Shown in pieces: positions 1 through 9,274 of a stretch of DNA of 40,206 nt (positions within the stretch are counted from its first letter, which is position 1; every line of letters begins with the position of its first letter). The notes under the pieces are model-generated. The model was not told the DNA's origin. It did no database searches and saw nothing but the letters and a program-made list of their open reading frames with translations. The stretch spans positions 1 to 40,206 of the IMG/VR virus record IMGVR_UViG_3300037424_000917. One strand, 5' to 3'. Origin of the DNA: a virus (Duplodnaviria > Caudoviricetes). Position numbers and translations under genes: made by a program.

Positions 1-80
1 GAGCTGGAAAAAGAGTTAGCCATATTGAAACATGTTTGACGTCGAAAACACATAAAAGAGAGAACCTCTTTTTCCAGCTC
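1..80. repeat. 15-bp perfect inverted repeat (1-15 / 66-80)
   Basis: GAGCTGGAAAAAGAG at 1-15; its reverse complement CTCTTTTTCCAGCTC at 66-80. May extend beyond the window edge. Confidence 0.85.
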
Positions 81-309
81 CCCTCCCCTCCCTCTTTTAG
101 CGGCGAGGTTAACTCAATACACAGCAAGAGGTTAGCAGAAAACCCCACTGGGGAGTGGGATGAGGGGGCTCCCCTGCGGGACCTACCATCAGAGGTACTC
201 AATCTGGGTGGTTAACTACTTATGGGTTATGATGTATCCGCCTTTAGAGGTACATGAACGGGCGAAGTAGCTCCCCAGAGGGGTAAGTAGCGGAATTATC
301 GAATTTTGT

Positions 310-345
310 TTGCGACAACCACGCAAAATGAGGCGATATAGTAGT
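310..345 (+). promoter_or_regulatory. Conserved phage promoter/operator motif, copy 1 (upstream of primase-helicase)
   Basis: TTGCGACAA-N6-AAAATGAGGCGATATAGTAGT; 32/36 identical to the - strand copy at 39166-39201; contains a TATAGT -10-like hexamer; GAGG RBS and ATG at 371 follow. Confidence 0.7.
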
Positions 346-370
346 AGACAACTTCAAGATACGAGGTAAC

Positions 371-3109
371 ATGAGCACCAAAACAACGGAAGCCTTTAGG
401 CTGTACTATGAGAGTACGCTTAAGGGTGCACACAATAATCCGGCGCTACTGGCGCGCTGGGGAGCGGACCCGTCTCGTTTTGAGACACAGATCATGTGTC
501 GCAAAATGGGTCACCCGATACCCGACACAAAAATGTACGAGGAAGACGGGGAAGTATTTGGCCCCACCCGCTGGCCCTATGATGCCGCCAGTAATCCAAA
601 CTACAGCGACCCGCCCATCAAATATCTTATCTCTAAGCGGCTTCTCGCTATCGGGTCAACTTGGTGGGACTGGAAGAACAAACGGACTTATGGTCTGGGG
701 TTCGACTTCGATTCGCTAGTCGACCACGATGAAGATCATGGTATCCCGCAGGAAGAAATAGACAAGCTTGACCGACTCGACTGCCCGTGGATGGAAATTA
801 ACCGCAGCACGAGAGGCAACGGACGTCACATCTATATCTGGTTCGGCGAGCCTTACCCGGTTTCAATGAATCACTCTGAACATGCGGCTATCGCGCGCTC
901 TCTTCTGCCAATGCTCGGCAAAGCCACTGGCTTGGACATAGAAGCAAATGTGGATTGTTGCGGGCAGGTGTTGTGGTTTCATCACGAGAATGCCACCAAA
1001 GAGAATCAGGGCTACGCGTTAGTTAAGCCGGCGACACAAATTCTGACCGCCAACGATGTCCCGTCAAATTGGCGTGACAATCTTGAAGTTGTCTCAGGCG
1101 GCAGATCCAAAGTGCGTGTCCAGGGATGGACCGCAGATGGTCTACCAACACAGGGGGATGAGCTTGACGAGATGACTCAAGCTCACGCCCGTGTAAAACT
1201 TGAAGAGGCCCACATCCAGATACTGGAAGCACTGGAATGCACAGGACACTCCAGCCTGTGGGTGTCCGACCACCATTTGTGGCAGGGGCACACGGGTGGG
1301 CTCAAGCAGGTATATGATGAGTGGGCTGAGAAGGGCAAGCCGCTCAAGGGACTGTTCGATACCAACTCGCGCGAATCCGATCCAGGTAAACCAAATTGCT
1401 TCATGAGGCCCAAGGTCGGTGGCGGCTGGGATGTGTATCGTTTTGGCGAGGGAACATCCGAGTGTGTGATGTGGGATAAACAAGGTAAGTGGACACACAC
1501 CACCTACAACCACCCGGCCACACTGAAACAGATCTGCTTTGCCGCCGGCGGCTTCGAAGGCCCGAACGAAGACCAGGGGTACATATTCGCAACAGTGGCC
1601 GAAGTAGAATTGGCCATCAAATTGTTGGGCTCATCGGTTACGGTACCGAGTCATGTCAGCGACGATGATGGTAGGACGTTTTCTTTGCGCATGCGCGAAG
1701 ATGGTAAAGTGATCTTTACTATCTCCAAGGTGAGGGATGACAAGCCCTCCAACTTCCCGCTGTTTGCCAAGACTGCTAAGGGCTGGGCGAGGCTGTTGAA
1801 AGATGCTATTGAGACACCGGACAAAGAGACAGCCGACGCTGAGCTATGGTGCGAGTTGGATGACAAGTTCAGGTGTTTGAAAGCCGACCAACAATTTGAG
1901 GCTTGGGTGATACAGGACGCGTCTGAAGAGTGGGTCACCCAGCCTCGCGAGAACGTAAAGTCTGTGCTGGTATCCATGGGGTTCAACAAGCCGGACACCA
2001 TTTTTGGCGGGGCCATTATGCGATCATGGATGCTGGTGAACGAGCCATTTGGACCGGAGTATCCGGGCGGTCGTAAGTGGAATAGGAATTCCCCACAATT
2101 TTTGTACGAGCCAATCGAGTTGGGCGAGGGAGAAGTCCCTTGCCATCCGACGTGGGACAGGCTTATGAACCACTGCGGCTGCGACCTGGACAATTATATC
2201 CACGAGCTGCCGTGGGCACAGGCGTGGAGCATTCACCAGGGAGGTGATTATCTGAAAGCGTGGGTCGCCTGCATGTTCCGAAACCCATATGGTAAACTGC
2301 CTTATCTATTTATGTATGGCCCGCAGAATAGCGGAAAGTCCAGCTTCCATGACGCAATCCGCCTACTTATAACGAGGGGTGTGGAGGGGGCAGATAGGGC
2401 GTTAACCAGCAAGGGCGGGTACAATGGTGAGTTGAACGGCGTCGTGTTGGCTGTGGTTGACGAAGTGAATATTGCCAAGTCTGGCCCAGAAGCATATGAT
2501 AAGATGAAGGAATGGACCACCGCTGTAGACATATCCATCCACGCGAAATACAAGCAGCCCAAAAGCGTGAAGAACACGCTACACTTTGTGCAGATGGCTA
2601 ATTCCCGCGCCAACCTGCCATTATCCACCATTGACACGCGAATCACGGCGATGAATGTTCCCAGTCTTGAGGAAGAGATACCACGGGATGAATTTCTCAC
2701 CTTACTCAAAAAGGAAGCACCCCACTTCATGCGGACTTTGTTCGACTGGGAACTTCAACCTCCAGCCGGGCGTTTGATGCTTCCACTTATCGAAACACAA
2801 GGTAAAATGGATGCTGCGGAAGTGAGTATGAATCCGCTCGAACAATTTGTGGCGCACGAATGCCACCGGGTTGCCGGGAGTGCTGTCACAATGAAGGACT
2901 TCAAAGCCAAGTTTTATTCCACCTTGGAAGACTACCAGAAGAGTGACTGGAGTGAGAAAGAAATTCAGAAACAGTTGTCTGAAGAATTTCCTGTGGGGCG
3001 AGCAAAGGGAAATGTTACTGTGGTTGGAAATATCAGCTTTGTGGAGTGCGAGCCGACCGAGCCATATGTGAAACGTGAGCACCGTTTGATAAAGGTAAGT
3101 GAAGAATGA
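371..3109 (+). CDS. Primase-polymerase (AEP-like)/helicase fusion
   Basis: N-terminal GFDFD (DxD) and RSTRGNGRHIY (SxxGxH) AEP-like motifs; C-terminal P-loop GPQNSGKS and Walker B VVDE resembling NrS-1/DUF5906/D5-type helicases. Confidence 0.8.
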   Translation: MSTKTTEAFRLYYESTLKGAHNNPALLARWGADPSRFETQIMCRKMGHPIPDTKMYEEDGEVFGPTRWPYDAASNPNYSDPPIKYLISKRLLAIGSTWWDWKNKRTYGLGFDFDSLVDHDEDHGIPQEEIDKLDRLDCPWMEINRSTRGNGRHIYIWFGEPYPVSMNHSEHAAIARSLLPMLGKATGLDIEANVDCCGQVLWFHHENATKENQGYALVKPATQILTANDVPSNWRDNLEVVSGGRSKVRVQGWTADGLPTQGDELDEMTQAHARVKLEEAHIQILEALECTGHSSLWVSDHHLWQGHTGGLKQVYDEWAEKGKPLKGLFDTNSRESDPGKPNCFMRPKVGGGWDVYRFGEGTSECVMWDKQGKWTHTTYNHPATLKQICFAAGGFEGPNEDQGYIFATVAEVELAIKLLGSSVTVPSHVSDDDGRTFSLRMREDGKVIFTISKVRDDKPSNFPLFAKTAKGWARLLKDAIETPDKETADAELWCELDDKFRCLKADQQFEAWVIQDASEEWVTQPRENVKSVLVSMGFNKPDTIFGGAIMRSWMLVNEPFGPEYPGGRKWNRNSPQFLYEPIELGEGEVPCHPTWDRLMNHCGCDLDNYIHELPWAQAWSIHQGGDYLKAWVACMFRNPYGKLPYLFMYGPQNSGKSSFHDAIRLLITRGVEGADRALTSKGGYNGELNGVVLAVVDEVNIAKSGPEAYDKMKEWTTAVDISIHAKYKQPKSVKNTLHFVQMANSRANLPLSTIDTRITAMNVPSLEEEIPRDEFLTLLKKEAPHFMRTLFDWELQPPAGRLMLPLIETQGKMDAAEVSMNPLEQFVAHECHRVAGSAVTMKDFKAKFYSTLEDYQKSDWSEKEIQKQLSEEFPVGRAKGNVTVVGNISFVECEPTEPYVKREHRLIKVSEE

Positions 3110-3852
3110 AGATCAAAGACAGTGGATCAAGAAGCAAGTTCGAATCCGGGGCGCAGCGAGACTGCCAAGAGGGCAAGGGCCGTATGGATCTTCTGCCATT
3201 CATGGCACTCATGAATGTGGCCAGAGTGTATGAAGAGGGGGCGAAGAAATATCGTGCCCACAATTGGCGGCGTGGCATCCCTCTGTCCCGTTATGCCGAC
3301 TCTGGAATGCGTCATTTTGCAAAGTGGATGGCCGGTATGCGAGACGAGCCTCACCTGGACCAAGCGGTATGGAATTTGCTGTGTCTCATTGAAACCCAGG
3401 AGCTGATTCGGCAAGGCAAGCTTCCCGCCGAGCTGAACGATCTTCCGTACAACCCGCTGGATATCCTGGAAAATCCGCAAGATCTTCCTGATCTGGAACT
3501 TCCGTTCGAAGGCAGCGAGCTGGATGGCGACGTGCCGGGCAGTGGTGGTGAGTTGTATGTTGACGGCGAGAAGCTGTGCGACGTTGAAAGCTTTGCCATC
3601 GAATATACTAGCCCGGAGTGCCGCGAGACATATGATAGCACCGAGGAAGAGACGGAGCGTGGTACGCCATATAATGGTGAGTGCGCGGGCGGGTTCTGCG
3701 GTGCCCCGGTTACGTTTGAGATTCGTGACGCCGACAAATATCGGTCAGCGGAATTTGAGAAATACCGGGAGGCGATGCTTGACTGGGGACGTAAGGAACA
3801 CCAACGTGCTTGTGACGAAACGATGGCGGAGTGGGCCCGCACAAGGGGATAA
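3106..3852 (+). CDS. dATP/dGTP diphosphohydrolase-domain protein (DUF5664-like) with acidic C-terminal extension
   Basis: IKDSG.R..FESGAQRD...GKGR.DLLP...GAKKY..HNWRRG...RH...E.HL..A.WN signature; ATGA overlap with the primase stop. Confidence 0.8.
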   Translation: MKIKDSGSRSKFESGAQRDCQEGKGRMDLLPFMALMNVARVYEEGAKKYRAHNWRRGIPLSRYADSGMRHFAKWMAGMRDEPHLDQAVWNLLCLIETQELIRQGKLPAELNDLPYNPLDILENPQDLPDLELPFEGSELDGDVPGSGGELYVDGEKLCDVESFAIEYTSPECRETYDSTEEETERGTPYNGECAGGFCGAPVTFEIRDADKYRSAEFEKYREAMLDWGRKEHQRACDETMAEWARTRG

Positions 3853-3853
3853 G

Positions 3854-4450
3854 ATGAAGAACTGGTACAACAACATAATGGCGGCTGTGGACGTGGAGAC
3901 TACCGGCACAGAGCCGGGGTACCACGAGATACTACAGATCGCCGTATTGCCCCTGGACAACAACATCAAGGTGTCCGATGAGCATCGGTTCTTCTATATG
4001 AACGTCGCTCCCAAGCACCCTGAACGGCAAGGGAAGGCGGCAAGGGGAAAGCACAAGCTGGACGCACATAAGATGGCTGCCGAGTGCATCACTCAGGAGA
4101 GAGCGGCTGACATGTTGAACGAATGGTTCAACAATATGCAACTGCCGTTTGGAAAGCGGTTGATTCCGCTGGCCCACAACTGGGGCTTCGAGAGAGGCAT
4201 GATGACACACTGGCTAGGTATCGACCGGCTGGATGAAATATTCCATCCATTTCCTCGTGACACAATGTTGTTCGCCAACATGATTAACGATGTGTATTCG
4301 TGGCAAGGAATGGAGATACCATTTCACACAGTGACCTTGAAGGCCATGTGCAAACGCTTTGAGATTCCTCTGGAGAACGCTCACGACGCGTTAGCCGACT
4401 GTGTCGCCACCGCCGCCCTCTACCGCGAGATGATCCGCAGCTTCGGCTAA
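3854..4450 (+). CDS. DnaQ-like DEDDh 3'-5' exonuclease
   Basis: VDVETTG (ExoI), AHNWGFE (ExoII), RDT, HDALAD (ExoIII). Likely start is ATG 3854 after AAGGGG, not 3524. Confidence 0.85.
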   Translation: MKNWYNNIMAAVDVETTGTEPGYHEILQIAVLPLDNNIKVSDEHRFFYMNVAPKHPERQGKAARGKHKLDAHKMAAECITQERAADMLNEWFNNMQLPFGKRLIPLAHNWGFERGMMTHWLGIDRLDEIFHPFPRDTMLFANMINDVYSWQGMEIPFHTVTLKAMCKRFEIPLENAHDALADCVATAALYREMIRSFG

Positions 4451-4573
4451 TCGGCGCATCTTTACCTCACGCTGGGCGGCTCGCTTTGCAGCACGTATGG
4501 AGCCGCGCGCCGGCCGGGCCGGCGACGACTGCATATTTGCTTTCTTGTCCCGACATTTTCTGCACTTTGACAT
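4391..4573 (-). CDS. Small basic CxxC protein, last gene of the late operon (tentative)
   Basis: MSKCRKCRDKK..., GGAG upstream of ATG; 3' end overlaps the exonuclease gene convergently by 60 bp. Confidence 0.4.
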   Translation of the reverse strand: MSKCRKCRDKKANMQSSPARPARGSIRAAKRAAQREVKMRRLAEAADHLAVEGGGGDTVG

Positions 4574-4589
4574 TTCTGCGCTCCAACTG

Positions 4590-4635
4590 ACGGGCGGGGA
4601 AGGCGTGTGGTTCCATACGCCCGCCCCGCCCGTTT
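4590..4635. terminator. Strong GC-rich hairpin near the convergence of the two transcription units
   Basis: ACGGGCGGGG-aa-GGCGTGTGG-tt-CCATACGCC-cg-CCCCGCCCGT followed by a short T run on +. Confidence 0.55.
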
Positions 4636-4636
4636 G

Positions 4637-5182
4637 CTATACTGGGTTGGTAACACCGAGCAAGTTTAGAGTCTTGCACGGAGAGAAGTCGGTCAGTGCC
4701 GCGCGGTGAATGTAGATCCCATATTGACGGAGCATCTTCTTGCACCGGGCTGTCAGATCTTTTTCTACTTCGCCGTTAACGACACCATTCAACATCTCTT
4801 CGTAGTTCATGGCCACTACTTCTTGTACGATGGCGGCTTGCGCGATATCCTTCACTGTGTCATCTGGCATCCAATTCAATTTTCCAATCGCTTGAACGAT
4901 GTCATTTATCGAATACACGACCACGCCACCAACAACAACAGATTTGTTATCCTTGGTTACTAGAGCCTGTGTCCTGGTGTTAACTGTTTGGCGCGCAACA
5001 ACGTGCAACTCAACTTCTGACAACAGGGGCCAGTACCATCGCACCCCCGTCTTTAACTCTACTGGTTCGCCGCGCCACCGCCATTTCACTCCAGCGTGTG
5101 TGGCACGTACGATGATACGACGGGGGAAGAATTGTAACAACGCGTCGAATATTTGTCCAAGCCAAGCGAATGCTGATTCCAT
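4637..5182 (-). CDS. SPFH (band 7/stomatin-like) domain protein
   Basis: IIV..H.GVK.R.G.P..L..G..WYWP...QT......Q.L.TKD....V.G.V.Y.I.D pattern; start 5182 (TAATG overlap) or 5188. Confidence 0.75.
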   Translation of the reverse strand: MESAFAWLGQIFDALLQFFPRRIIVRATHAGVKWRWRGEPVELKTGVRWYWPLLSEVELHVVARQTVNTRTQALVTKDNKSVVVGGVVVYSINDIVQAIGKLNWMPDDTVKDIAQAAIVQEVVAMNYEEMLNGVVNGEVEKDLTARCKKMLRQYGIYIHRAALTDFSPCKTLNLLGVTNPV

Positions 5183-5718
5183 TACCATAGTCCTTTTGGG
5201 CAGTGCTCTGTAGCCATTTTGATTTTGTTAATCACGGCAAAGGTGCTAGTGGAAACTTTACAGCCACACCCCCGGCACCTCTTCTTTTCCGCGTCATACC
5301 ACTCACAGGGCTTACAAAACTTTGTGTGAATGGCTTCAACCTCTTCATCGGAACGTACCGGCCTACCTTCTCCGATCCATCGTGTCAATGCCTCTTTGTA
5401 CAACCATAGCTGTAGAGAGAGGGCCGGGTAATCCGGCACGCCGCCGGGGGATTGCACTTCTGCAATGTCTGACTCCCCCAGCGGCGACTCTTTAATCATT
5501 TGCATGATTTCAGCGGCTTCCTTTACCATCTCTGGTGCCGGCTCCATATTTGGCTTCTTGCACTTTCTGTCAACATGCTCGACTCGATGAGTACACAGCA
5601 TGCAGGCTTGAGCATCTACTCCATGCCCGAAGGCTTCGCACTGGCGATTCATACACCGGTGCCGTTCGCTCCCGTCAGAGCGATTGACAATTGTTTGTCG
5701 TTTGTCGCAAGGTAACAT
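5182..5718 (-). CDS. Cys-rich hypothetical protein (DUF6171-like C-terminus)
   Basis: C-terminal CKPCEWY...RCRGCGC...K......CPKGLW; second Cys cluster at the N-terminus. Confidence 0.6.
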   Translation of the reverse strand: MLPCDKRQTIVNRSDGSERHRCMNRQCEAFGHGVDAQACMLCTHRVEHVDRKCKKPNMEPAPEMVKEAAEIMQMIKESPLGESDIAEVQSPGGVPDYPALSLQLWLYKEALTRWIGEGRPVRSDEEVEAIHTKFCKPCEWYDAEKKRCRGCGCKVSTSTFAVINKIKMATEHCPKGLW

Positions 5719-5726
5719 GAGGCGTG

Positions 5727-8700
5727 TTACTCCACGTAGGGGTTCATTTGAGGTTGAATTGAGCCATCAGGTAGAACCGTTCCTGGTGGTACCGCATCTG
5801 GGTTTGCTATAGTGCCCGGTGCCCGATAGTCGGGGTCGCCAGTGTAGGGATTTATCTGGACAGTATTTTCCTGTTGGGCGGGGTCGCCACCAGATGGTGT
5901 GCTGGACACGTCACCGACCGGGGAAGTAGTCTCGCCGCCGGAAGCGTGCCCGGCTGCTGGAGGTGTATCTTTCGATTCGCTGTACCCCTGACAATCCTCT
6001 TCCTCGTGGCCCGCCGCGACATAATCTCCCTTAGAGCCGTCTGTTTGCAGCACGCCGGTTTCATTACATGACCATCTATCCGATACGGACTTCCCGTAAT
6101 TAGCCTGCATGTATTTTGCAAACATACTTGCCGCCCACGCGGTACCGAATGTGTGACACACTGCCCATACTGGCCCCGTGCACGAGGGGCATCCGCTAGA
6201 GCAATTACATGGGCCGCCACAGGGATCTCCCTGACCTTGTGATGTGCTGGTGTGCCAAAGCACACGCACATTGTAATTACATCCAACCCCGGCCGGGCAT
6301 GAGCCTTGTTTTTCTGGCTCTGGTTTATCGTTGCCACTTCCACCGGCGTTGCCGCCGCCGGATATGGCGCTCTCTACCTGCGCACGCGCGGCCGACTGGG
6401 CTATCTGCTTTGCCTCGATTATCGGGTCTACTTCATCGAAGTTGATGTAGTCCGACAACTCGCATCGAACAGATGGCAGCGTGTCACACAGATCACTTGG
6501 GTGAAGATCGCCCGATGAGATAATCAATTGATCGTCCCGGTGATACCCTCCCAGCAGCAAGTGCCCCACGGGCGGGGTGACTTCGAAGTTGTAACCGCCG
6601 CCACCATGTGTGTCGAGCGGAAGAGGCCAGACACTGGCGCACGGCTGTTGTGCCGGCCACGCCCAGAAGTAAGGTGTTGTTTCACCTGACCGGACGGGTG
6701 TCCAGCAGTCGAGAGTGACCGTATTCTCATTTGGATCAATTGTCATTGTCTCAATGATGCACTTGACTGGAGTGGACGAGAACTGTGCAACATTGATGGT
6801 GACGCAATCCAACACGTCCAAGTCCATATGCTTTAGAGGCAGTGAGAACTTAACCCGCTTCCATGAGTTGGCTTTTCGGATCAACCAGAAGGTAGCGGAC
6901 TTCAATACCAAATCGTAAAGATTATAGGTGTAGTAATCCCAGTCTTGCGCCACGGTTCCATACTTGTCCACGTTGTATTTCAGCACCAGCTTGCGTTCCG
7001 GTTCCTCGTTGTCCTGAACCGCCGCCCCTGCTTTTTGCCACTTGATATTGTGTGTTGTATAAACTTCCTCGGTGACACTAAGTGACTCTTGGAACGTACC
7101 AGTGAGAATGTCGGATTCTGATAATGTACGAACCGACGCGGGCTCCGTGGGAAGATAGCGAATGAACATCACGCTATTTCTCACGTACACGGCACACCGC
7201 GACTGGTAAGCAATGTCGTTAATCAGCTTGTACACGTCGGGTCGGTCAGTCAGGTAGAAGTTGTTCGGGTAGTTTACCACGAGAGCATGAACTGCCGCGA
7301 ACGACGCCGCGTCAACTGTGAGATCTGTGTATCGGTCGATCAACCACTCAATAATGTCACAGGGGTTGGGGCCTACGCTGGAAGTAAATGACACATAGAT
7401 GTCATCGTCCCACTGGTCGTTGTACAGCTTAAGATCTTTGTTCATGCCAATCTCAACTACCTGATAGCCTTGGTAGTCAGTTTCATACACGGTATAGTAC
7501 GAGGCAGGAACTTCTGTCAAATAGCGGAAGCCGTTCGGGGCCGTTCTAAACGCGGCGACACCATCCACCGTCCCTGGTAACAGAGACGCGATGTACAGAA
7601 TCTCGGACTCGGCTTCTATGTAAACTTCGGAACCAGCCGGGGCCCAAAAGAACCCTGCATCTTCCATCGCATCATAGTATTCCCATGATTCCTTTGGCCC
7701 GCCGACCAACCCAGGGGTAGCGACCAAAGCCTCTTCGCAACTGGCGAACGCTTGAGCAGTATTCTGGCTGGCCGTGAATGTGGTACCGTTTGTGGCCGGG
7801 GTCCAGGTGGCACTTGTGTTGAGTATACTTGTGCCGTCCAGTATCCACTGCCCGCCCGCCCCTTGAATGGTGTTGTCAGTCCCGCCTATTTGAGCGCGCC
7901 CGACAACCATCCCGTAGCCTTGTGTCCGTATGTTTTTGCACGGCACATGGTTGAACGTGGCATACTCTGGATGCTGACGCTGGTGTATGCTGAATACGTT
8001 TCCAGTGAAAACACCTTTGAAGATGGCGTTCTCAATGAAGACAGTTGTGACAACTCCCTGTGGGAAGCTGGAACCGTTGTACACATTGAAAGTGTCGTAC
8101 TCATAGGCCATCTGCTGAGTTTGTAAGTCTTTCAACTTGCAAATCTCGCCGAACCGACGGTTTACACATTCCAAGTCAGGGCCGATAGTCTTCGCGACGG
8201 TCATGGTCATGCCGCCGTTCGGACCCAGTAGGGCATTGGACTGGTTGCCGGTAGACTGCGAGGGGCATTGAATCTTAATGGCCTGACAGATACGTGGCTC
8301 TAATGTGAAGTCGTGTATGCCGACTCCGCCCTCTAAATAACCTCGGCGTGGCGCTCGTACTTTGACGGCGGGCAGGTGGCAAACCTGCCCAAATACGAGC
8401 GGCCACGCCTTTCCCAGCGCCTCATCTGGGATATTCGGGAAGTCGCCCTCTTCCATACTGAAGCCGACTTGCTTCTCTTGCAGCTTGGAAAGGACGTTGA
8501 ATCTTAGTGTTCGCTGCGCTTCGTCCCATTCGATAGGTGTGACGATCTCACCACGAAACACAAGTATCTTGTGAATTGAACTCAGAGACTTGGGCTGGAT
8601 ATACACGCGTGCGGGTCGCTTGTGAATATCATTGGCATTATAGATGGCGCGCAGGTGACCGTCCACGTCATCCAAAGTCAGGGCCAATTCCTGTGTATCA

Positions 8701-8891
8701 CTGGAACCCTCCAGCATCATTGACCCGTCGAATCCCGCCATCTCCAATATGACCGGGCGCGCAGAACCGAACTCCTGGTCCGAGTAAAGCAACGTGCCGT
8801 TGTCAACCCAGTCCACTTCGAGAAGCACGATCCATTCTGTTCCCATGTTCTGGCTGAGCAGAACTTGGGCTTGAGGCGTTACCGTTCTCAT
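5727..8891 (-). CDS. Large tail tip / baseplate hub protein with Cys-rich C-terminus
   Basis: 1054 aa at the end of the tail module; GKAWPLVFGQVCHLPA and NPCDII..LI motifs typical of tail-tip proteins. Confidence 0.7.
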   Translation of the reverse strand: MRTVTPQAQVLLSQNMGTEWIVLLEVDWVDNGTLLYSDQEFGSARPVILEMAGFDGSMMLEGSSDTQELALTLDDVDGHLRAIYNANDIHKRPARVYIQPKSLSSIHKILVFRGEIVTPIEWDEAQRTLRFNVLSKLQEKQVGFSMEEGDFPNIPDEALGKAWPLVFGQVCHLPAVKVRAPRRGYLEGGVGIHDFTLEPRICQAIKIQCPSQSTGNQSNALLGPNGGMTMTVAKTIGPDLECVNRRFGEICKLKDLQTQQMAYEYDTFNVYNGSSFPQGVVTTVFIENAIFKGVFTGNVFSIHQRQHPEYATFNHVPCKNIRTQGYGMVVGRAQIGGTDNTIQGAGGQWILDGTSILNTSATWTPATNGTTFTASQNTAQAFASCEEALVATPGLVGGPKESWEYYDAMEDAGFFWAPAGSEVYIEAESEILYIASLLPGTVDGVAAFRTAPNGFRYLTEVPASYYTVYETDYQGYQVVEIGMNKDLKLYNDQWDDDIYVSFTSSVGPNPCDIIEWLIDRYTDLTVDAASFAAVHALVVNYPNNFYLTDRPDVYKLINDIAYQSRCAVYVRNSVMFIRYLPTEPASVRTLSESDILTGTFQESLSVTEEVYTTHNIKWQKAGAAVQDNEEPERKLVLKYNVDKYGTVAQDWDYYTYNLYDLVLKSATFWLIRKANSWKRVKFSLPLKHMDLDVLDCVTINVAQFSSTPVKCIIETMTIDPNENTVTLDCWTPVRSGETTPYFWAWPAQQPCASVWPLPLDTHGGGGYNFEVTPPVGHLLLGGYHRDDQLIISSGDLHPSDLCDTLPSVRCELSDYINFDEVDPIIEAKQIAQSAARAQVESAISGGGNAGGSGNDKPEPEKQGSCPAGVGCNYNVRVLWHTSTSQGQGDPCGGPCNCSSGCPSCTGPVWAVCHTFGTAWAASMFAKYMQANYGKSVSDRWSCNETGVLQTDGSKGDYVAAGHEEEDCQGYSESKDTPPAAGHASGGETTSPVGDVSSTPSGGDPAQQENTVQINPYTGDPDYRAPGTIANPDAVPPGTVLPDGSIQPQMNPYVE

Positions 8892-9274
8892 CTCTCTTCA
8901 AACTCCAATATGACTGTCATCGTTTCGCCGCCCGGCCAGCCGTCACCTGCCCGTCCAGCACCTGCAAACTCAAACGGATTGTTCCGCAGGTATCCAAGCC
9001 ACATATCCCCGTCGTGGTCAATGACCTGAATCAGTTTTCCAAAGTACGAATTGATAAATGCCCGGAGTTCCAGCGCCTTGTGTCGGCTAACTTCAAACTC
9101 CCAGTTGAACTTCTTTCGTCCATTCCGTGATTTCACGTAGGTGTATAAGGTCCCGTCCATGGCGCGCATGCTCTGAACGGTGGCAGTGATGCCCTTCGTG
9201 TCACCCCAGTTGGGGCTAGGGAGCAATGTTGTGGTGATGATGCCCGGATAGGGGGCTTTCATTATGAAGCTCAT
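8888..9274 (-). CDS. Distal-tail-like protein
   Basis: 128 aa, LPSP...RAMDGTLYTY pattern; paralogous to the C-terminal domain of 9271-10698. Confidence 0.55.
   Translation of the reverse strand: MSFIMKAPYPGIITTTLLPSPNWGDTKGITATVQSMRAMDGTLYTYVKSRNGRKKFNWEFEVSRHKALELRAFINSYFGKLIQVIDHDGDMWLGYLRNNPFEFAGAGRAGDGWPGGETMTVILEFEER

Noticed and set aside
3524-3853. N-terminal extension of the exonuclease ORF
   Set aside because: Overlaps the DUF5664 gene in another frame; exonuclease motifs begin after ATG 3854.
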